Assembly (NCBI GenBank): GCA_035258825.1 | Contig: DATFWW010000025.1 | Coordinates: 17,805 to 81,804 of the forward strand | Length of the DNA stretch: 64,000 bases | DNA from: Myxococcota bacterium | GTDB lineage: Bacteria; Myxococcota_A; UBA9160; SMWR01 | Direction of reading: 5' to 3' | Shown: positions 58,070 through 64,000 of the stretch, one piece after another | How positions within the stretch are numbered: the first letter of the stretch is position 1 | Layout: every line of letters starts with the position of its first letter | Position numbers and translations under genes: made by a program | The notes under the pieces: generated by a model | Database searches by the model: none | Told to the model about the DNA's origin: nothing | Seen by the model: the letters and a program-made list of their open reading frames with translations, nothing else

Positions 58070-59242
58070 TCAGCGCATTGGCTGAGACCCGAGCCCGAGC
58101 TCGCCGTCGTCGCGCAGCCAGCGCGCAAGCGTCTTGCCGACCCGCTCTTGACCGGCCGCCGACCAGTGGCCGTCGACGGGCAGGAAGTCCTCGGGGTGGC
58201 TCGCGCGCGTGAACAGGGTCGCCTGGTCGAGGCAGCGCGACGCGGCGCAGTCGCTGCGCAGCGCCTCGCCGGCGCCCTCGGTCAGCACGTAGCGCACTGC
58301 GATCCCGCGCGCTGCCGCTTCGCGCTCGATCGCGCGCAGCAGCTCGCGGTGGTACCGCAGGCGGAACTCCGGGCTGCCCGCGAGCGCGCGCGCGATCTCC
58401 GCGGGCGCGAGGCTCGCGATCGGCCCGGTCGGGACCTCGCCGGGCGGGATCGCCTCTCGCGCAGCGGCGAGCCTTCCCACCCAGGTGAGCCACGCCCGCG
58501 CGAAGCGGATCCGCAGCCAGCGGAACGCGTGCGAGTGCTGGTAGAGCCAATCGCCCGCCGCCTCGGGCAGCGGGAGCGGCGGGAGGTCGAACAGCCCGCT
58601 GTTCAGGAAGCGCATCTCTCCGCGCGCGTTGATGAAGCGCCGCTTCGAGAGGCTCGCGATCGGCAGGCCGTCCGGGCCCAGGCGCAGCGTCGACCAGGCG
58701 AGCTCCTCGGTGTCGTTCCCGCAGATCGAGATCAGGATCAGGTCGGGCGCGAGCGCGAACCCGCGCTCGCGCAGGAAGATCAGGTGGTGATCGGTCGAAT
58801 AACCCGGCACGGCCGCGTCGATCACTTCGGTGCGCACGCCCGCGCCGCGCAGCTCCGCTTCGAGCACGGCCGGGAAAGCCTCGCGGTCCTCGACGCCCCA
58901 GCCGAACGCGAACGAGTCGCCGACCACGAGGATCCGCCGCACCCCGGCCGCCCTGGCTGGCGAAACGGGCGGGCCGCGAAAGCCCAGCGCGTTGACGTTC
59001 ACGTGCACGTCGAAGTCGTTCCAGGCGAAGCGGCCGCTCCAGTTCGGGCGCAGCTCGTGCGTGAGCGTAGGGCTCGGCCGATAGATGTCGAAGCGGTGCG
59101 CGCCCGCGTCGCCGCCCGAGGCGATGAGGCGCAGCACGACCTCGAAGGCGCCCGCCACGGCGGCGATGGCGCCGCAGGACAGCGCGAGCGACCCGAGCAC
59201 GGCCCGAAGGCGGGCCAGCGCGGCGGCGGCGCCCGGACGCAT
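58070..59242 (-). CDS. Membrane-anchored SGNH/GDSL-family hydrolase
   Basis: It has the N-terminal anchor 'LGSLALSCGAIAAVAGAFEVVL', block I 'ILVVGDSFAFGWG' and block III 'ISICGNDTEE'. Only the last 390 codons of the long ORF look coding. Confidence 0.75.
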   Translation of the reverse strand: MRPGAAAALARLRAVLGSLALSCGAIAAVAGAFEVVLRLIASGGDAGAHRFDIYRPSPTLTHELRPNWSGRFAWNDFDVHVNVNALGFRGPPVSPARAAGVRRILVVGDSFAFGWGVEDREAFPAVLEAELRGAGVRTEVIDAAVPGYSTDHHLIFLRERGFALAPDLILISICGNDTEELAWSTLRLGPDGLPIASLSKRRFINARGEMRFLNSGLFDLPPLPLPEAAGDWLYQHSHAFRWLRIRFARAWLTWVGRLAAAREAIPPGEVPTGPIASLAPAEIARALAGSPEFRLRYHRELLRAIEREAAARGIAVRYVLTEGAGEALRSDCAASRCLDQATLFTRASHPEDFLPVDGHWSAAGQERVGKTLARWLRDDGELGLGSQPMR

Positions 59243-59253
59243 CGGCGCGCCGC

Positions 59254-60111
59254 CTACTTCACCGCCAGCGGGTTGATCGGGGCGTCGAAAGCGCCCGCGG
59301 TCGGCACCGGAGGTGCCGCGAACAGGAACGCATAGCGCCCGTCGCTCGCGCAGGCCTCGGCCAGGCGGTCGAGGTGGAAGCCGGTGCCGAACCAGAGGCC
59401 CATGTCGCGCGCGGCGATCTGGTGCAGCGGAAGCTCGCAGTCGGGCGTCTCGGCCGGGCGCACCTCGACGCACGCCGTATCGGCGGCGACCGCGGCCACC
59501 TGGCGCTCGTAGAGCCAGCGCGCGCACCGCAGCGAGAGTCCGGGCGCCGGGCCGTCCGCATAACCGTCCCAGCCCTGCGTGAAGCAGCGCGAGAGCTGCC
59601 CCGTGCGCACGAGCAGGATGTCGCCCGTGTCGACCGTGACGCCGAACGCCTCTGCGCACGCGTCGAGGTCGGCGGGGGCGATGCGCGTGCCGTCGTCGAG
59701 CCACGGCTGGCCGATGAACCGCGCGAGGTCGAGCAGCACGCCGCGGCCCACCACGCCGTCGGCGAAGCGGTCGATCGACGCCGCGCGCGCGCCCGCGGCG
59801 GGCAGCTCCGCGGGATCCCGGTCGTTGTAGACGCGGCCGTCGCGCGCGACCTGCGCAATCGGCTCCCAACGGGCGCCGCGCGGCGCACCGCTGTCGCCGT
59901 GCTCCGCGCCGAATGGCAGTGCGCACGACACGACCAGCCCGCTCCGCACGAGGCTCGCCGCGGCCAGCACGCGCTCGCGCGTGATGAAGTTCAGCGTGCC
60001 GAGCTCGTCATCGCGGCCGAAGCGGCGCCAGTTCGAATAGCGCCGACCCCATTCGCGGACCGTGCGCGCGTCGAGGCGCTCGCCGCTTTCCGCGAACTCG
60101 GGCGCGCTCAC
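59254..60111 (-). CDS. Cyclase-family (kynurenine-formamidase-like fold) protein
   Basis: It contains 'WGRRYSNWRRFGRDDELGTLNFITRERVLAAASLVRSGLVVSCALPF', 'GRGVLLDLARF' and 'GDILLVRTGQ'. I could not find the canonical HxGTHxD metal motif. The GTGA overlaps the kdsB stop. Confidence 0.65.
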   Translation of the reverse strand: MSAPEFAESGERLDARTVREWGRRYSNWRRFGRDDELGTLNFITRERVLAAASLVRSGLVVSCALPFGAEHGDSGAPRGARWEPIAQVARDGRVYNDRDPAELPAAGARAASIDRFADGVVGRGVLLDLARFIGQPWLDDGTRIAPADLDACAEAFGVTVDTGDILLVRTGQLSRCFTQGWDGYADGPAPGLSLRCARWLYERQVAAVAADTACVEVRPAETPDCELPLHQIAARDMGLWFGTGFHLDRLAEACASDGRYAFLFAAPPVPTAGAFDAPINPLAVK

Positions 60112-60833
60112 CCGCGCCCCGCGAGTAGCGCTTCCACGCGTGCGACGTCCTCGGGCACGTCGACGGCGGCACTGGTCCAGCCCTCGATCACCGCGCAGCG
60201 GATCGGGTATCCGTGCTCGAGCGCGCGCAGCTGCTCGAGCCCTTCGGCGCGCTCGGCGGGCGTGGGCGCGAGCGCGGGGAAGCGCAGCAGGAAGTCGCGG
60301 CGGTAGGCGTAGAGGCCCACGTGCTGCCAGCAGCGCGGCTCGCCCACTCGCGGATACGGGATCGCGCTGCGCGAGAAGTAGAGCGCGCGGCCGCGGCGGT
60401 CGAGCACCACCTTCACGCGGTTCGGATCGCCGAGCGCGTCCGGCTCCGCCGCGTGCGCGAGCGTGGCCATCGGGGCCTCGGGATCCTCTCCGAGCGCCGC
60501 CACGACGGCGTCGATCGCGAAGCCCGCGATCAGCGGCTCGTCGCCCTGCACGTTCACCACCGCGTCGCAGTCCACGCGTGCGATGACCTCGGCGGCGCGG
60601 TCGGTACCGCTCTCGTGATCCGCGCGTGTGATCGCCACCTCGGCGCCGAAGCTCCGACACGCATCTGCGATCCGTTCGTCATCGGTGGCGACGATCACGC
60701 GCGCGAGCGATTTCGCGCTGCGCGCGCCGAGCCACACGCGTTGGATCATCGGCATCCCGGCGATCGGCGCGAGCGGTTTGCCGGGAAAGCGCGAGGCCCG
60801 ATAACGCGCGGGAATCACGCCCACCGCTCGCAT
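60108..60833 (-). CDS. kdsB: 3-deoxy-manno-octulosonate cytidylyltransferase (CMP-Kdo synthetase)
   Basis: It contains 'GVIPARYRASRFPGKPL', 'VATDDERI', 'HESGTDR', 'VVNVQGDEPLI' and 'HVGLYAYRRDFL'. Confidence 0.95.
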   Translation of the reverse strand: MRAVGVIPARYRASRFPGKPLAPIAGMPMIQRVWLGARSAKSLARVIVATDDERIADACRSFGAEVAITRADHESGTDRAAEVIARVDCDAVVNVQGDEPLIAGFAIDAVVAALGEDPEAPMATLAHAAEPDALGDPNRVKVVLDRRGRALYFSRSAIPYPRVGEPRCWQHVGLYAYRRDFLLRFPALAPTPAERAEGLEQLRALEHGYPIRCAVIEGWTSAAVDVPEDVARVEALLAGRG

Positions 60834-60870
60834 GACGCGATGCTAACCGAACGGTACATTTCACGCCGAC

Positions 60871-61794
60871 ATGAGCTCGTCTGCCCAGGAGCGCGGCCCC
60901 GTCGTCGCGGTTTCGTCGAACAAGGGCGGCGTCGGCAAGACGACCCTCGCGACCAACCTCGCGATCTACACGCGCGCGCTGCGCGAGGACCTTCCGGTCC
61001 TGATCGTGGGCCTCGACGATCAGGGCACGCTCGACCGGATGTTCGCGCTGCGCGACCTGCGCCCCGCCGACGGCAATCTCAAGCACGCGTGGGCAGAACG
61101 CAGTTTGGCGAGCGCGGCACAGCTCGGGCAGTACGGCGTGCACTTCGTGCCGTCGCCGCCCGACGTGGCGCTGCTCAAGGCGCGCGCGGCGGACCCGCGC
61201 ACGCTGACCCGGATCCTCGAGCACACCGCGTGGCCGGGCCTCGTGATCCTCGACACCAAGAGCGACCTCGAGACGCTGACCCAGAATGCCTACCACGCGG
61301 CCGACCGCATCCTGCTGCCGATCGCGGACTGGTCATCGCTCGAGGAGGCCGAGAAGATCTTCGCGCTGCTGGATCGCACCGGCGTCGGCAGGGCGCGCGC
61401 GCGAATCGTGTTCACGCTGGTCGACCGGCGCAGCCGGATCGGCGGCGACGGGCCGACTCTGTTCGGGCGCCTGCGCGACGAGGTTCGCCGGCGCGGCTGG
61501 GGCTACTACAAGACGGCGCTGTCGCGCAGCCCGCGCGTCGAGGCGCTCAACTCGGCCAACCGCACGCCGCTCTCGATCCTGCACCACGCGAAGGGCACCG
61601 AGGTGCACGCGCAGTTCCGCGAGCTCAGTCTCGAGGTGCTCGGCGATCTCGGGATCAGCGACCGGCTGGACCTCGCCTCCACACCCGTCGAAGCCGACCA
61701 GGTGCCCGATGAGCTCTGGGGCTCACCTGCGCGCGAGGTCGCGAGGAGCGCGGCGAGCGGCGCGGTTCGCTGGGTGGCGCGCTGGCGGCGATGA
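60871..61794 (+). CDS. Orphan ParA/MinD-family P-loop ATPase with ~60-aa C-terminal extension
   Basis: It has the deviant Walker A 'VSSNKGGVGKTTLATNLA' and 'LVILDTKSD'. No parB or parS-like partner is visible, and the tail is 'GAVRWVARWRR'. Confidence 0.8.
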   Translation: MSSSAQERGPVVAVSSNKGGVGKTTLATNLAIYTRALREDLPVLIVGLDDQGTLDRMFALRDLRPADGNLKHAWAERSLASAAQLGQYGVHFVPSPPDVALLKARAADPRTLTRILEHTAWPGLVILDTKSDLETLTQNAYHAADRILLPIADWSSLEEAEKIFALLDRTGVGRARARIVFTLVDRRSRIGGDGPTLFGRLRDEVRRRGWGYYKTALSRSPRVEALNSANRTPLSILHHAKGTEVHAQFRELSLEVLGDLGISDRLDLASTPVEADQVPDELWGSPAREVARSAASGAVRWVARWRR

Positions 61795-61931
61795 CCGCAA
61801 GCGGCCGAAGGCCGCGCGCAGCCCGCAAGGCCGCGCAGCGAGGCGAAGCCGAGCGAAGCGTGGGCACGCGCGGAAGAGTGTAGGCGAGCGAAGATCGAAC
61901 AGGTGGATCACTACCTGGCATTGGAGCATCC

Positions 61932-63161
<1,230 letters not shown>

Positions 63162-63230
63162 GCGGGCAGTAGGTCGGGTTGACTTCCCGCGCGCCATGTG
63201 CGAGATCGCTGACCGGGGGGATCGAATCGC

Positions 63231-64000
63231 GTGAGCGAGCCGGCGCGCCCCGAGAAGAGCCTCGAGCGGGAGATCCGCGCCTACCACTGGATCCGACTGC
63301 TCGCCGAGCTGTCGGGCCGCTTCGCGGGCACCGACCAGGAGGGCGAGGCGGCGCGCCGCGTGGAGTCGTGGCTGCGCGAGCTCGGCTTCGACGAGATTGG
63401 CTTCGCCTCGGTGCCATCGCGGCCGCGCGCGGGCTGGGTGTGGGCCGCGCACTTCCTGCTCGCGGCGGCCGGCTGCGGGGTGGGCGGCATCGCGGGGGCC
63501 GTGCTCGCGGGCGCCGCTGCGCTCTCGTTCCGGCGCGAGGCCGCGGGCGGCGCGCCGCTGCTCTCGCGCGTGTTCCCCGCGCGCGACTCGCAGAACGTGG
63601 CCGCGCGCGTGGGATCGATCCGGCCGCGCCGGCGCGTGGTGCTCACCGCGCCGCTCGACGCCGCGCCCGCGAGCGCACTATTCGCGGGCCGGCTCGCGAA
63701 GGCGAGCGCGTCTCCGCGCGCCGGCGAACCGCGCGGCCTCGCCGCACTCCCGGCGCGGCTGATCGACGCGGCCGCGATCGTGACCGCGGCATCCGCGCTC
63801 GGCGCGGACGGCGCGGTCGCGCTCGGCGCGCGCGGGGTCGCGGGTGTGGTGCTGGCGATCGGCGCGATGGCCGCGGTGCGCTGGGCCACCGCTTCCGGGT
63901 CGGCCGGTGCGAACGACGCGTCGGGCGTGGCCGCGATGCTCTCCGCAGCGGAGCAGCTCGCGGCGCAGCTCCCTCCCGACGTCGAGCTCTGGTGCGCCGC
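63231..64000 (+). CDS. M28-family metallopeptidase-like membrane protein (3' end beyond window)
   Basis: My own translation from the GTG at 63231 gives 'GTDQEGEAARRVESWLRELGFDEI', 'SQNVAARVGS...RRVVLTAPLDA' and 'GANDASGVAAMLSAAEQL'. The frame stays open to the window end, and the ORF is absent from the ORF track because it is unterminated. Confidence 0.6.
   Translation, partial: MSEPARPEKSLEREIRAYHWIRLLAELSGRFAGTDQEGEAARRVESWLRELGFDEIGFASVPSRPRAGWVWAAHFLLAAAGCGVGGIAGAVLAGAAALSFRREAAGGAPLLSRVFPARDSQNVAARVGSIRPRRRVVLTAPLDAAPASALFAGRLAKASASPRAGEPRGLAALPARLIDAAAIVTAASALGADGAVALGARGVAGVVLAIGAMAAVRWATASGSAGANDASGVAAMLSAAEQLAAQLPPDVELWCA

Noticed and set aside
61795-61931. GC-rich short hairpins and repeated CCGCAAG / GAGCGAAG words after the parA-like gene.
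   Set aside because: They are short, imperfect and lack U-tracts. They are compatible with an ordinary GC-rich intergenic region or a weak terminator, and are not convincing as a repeat family from a single window.

Overview
This is a very GC-rich, gene-dense chromosomal window of about 55 protein genes from a diderm bacterium. No rRNA, tRNA, CRISPR array, transposase or integrase was recognised. The lineage cannot be fixed from sequence alone. The gene content (alternative complex III, MprF/AcvB, DUF1302/DUF1329, KdsB) suggests a deltaproteobacterial or myxobacterial-like, or related uncultured, group.

Main blocks in window order:
- (i) An NDP-forming acyl-CoA ligase and the MacAB efflux pair.
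- (ii) A type III PKS, ICMT methyltransferase and FAD monooxygenase phenolic-lipid cluster, followed by Nudix and Tag genes.
- (iii) A divergent katA-oxyR pair.
- (iv) A small decayed islet at about 17.2-20.6 kb. It holds two toxin-antitoxin modules with palindromic operators and three gene fragments (PAP2/haloperoxidase, an unknown fragment, and a frameshifted TpsB).
- (v) speA, hisS, an FG-GAP lipoprotein and topB.
- (vi) A 1581-aa DUF1302-like outer-membrane protein. It is followed by an SRPBCC gene, AcvB/VirJ, MprF, DUF1003, a DUF1329 protein and an intramembrane-type two-component system.
- (vii) A complete actABCDEF alternative complex III operon and a rhomboid protease.
- (viii) A 415-nt non-coding, highly structured region ending in a terminator directly upstream of purU.
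- (ix) A PQQ dehydrogenase, an acyl-CoA synthetase, a kdsB-cyclase-SGNH operon, a ParA-like ATPase, a PPi-type phosphofructokinase and a partial M28 peptidase.

The best candidates for something undescribed are three. The first is the giant cysteine-rich DUF1302-like barrel with its split DUF1329 partner bracketing aminoacyl-lipid genes. The second is the purU leader RNA. The third is the XRE/nucleotidyltransferase pair.

Many very long ORFs in the six-frame track are GC-driven artefacts and were rejected. All family assignments come from motif recognition by eye, not from database searches.
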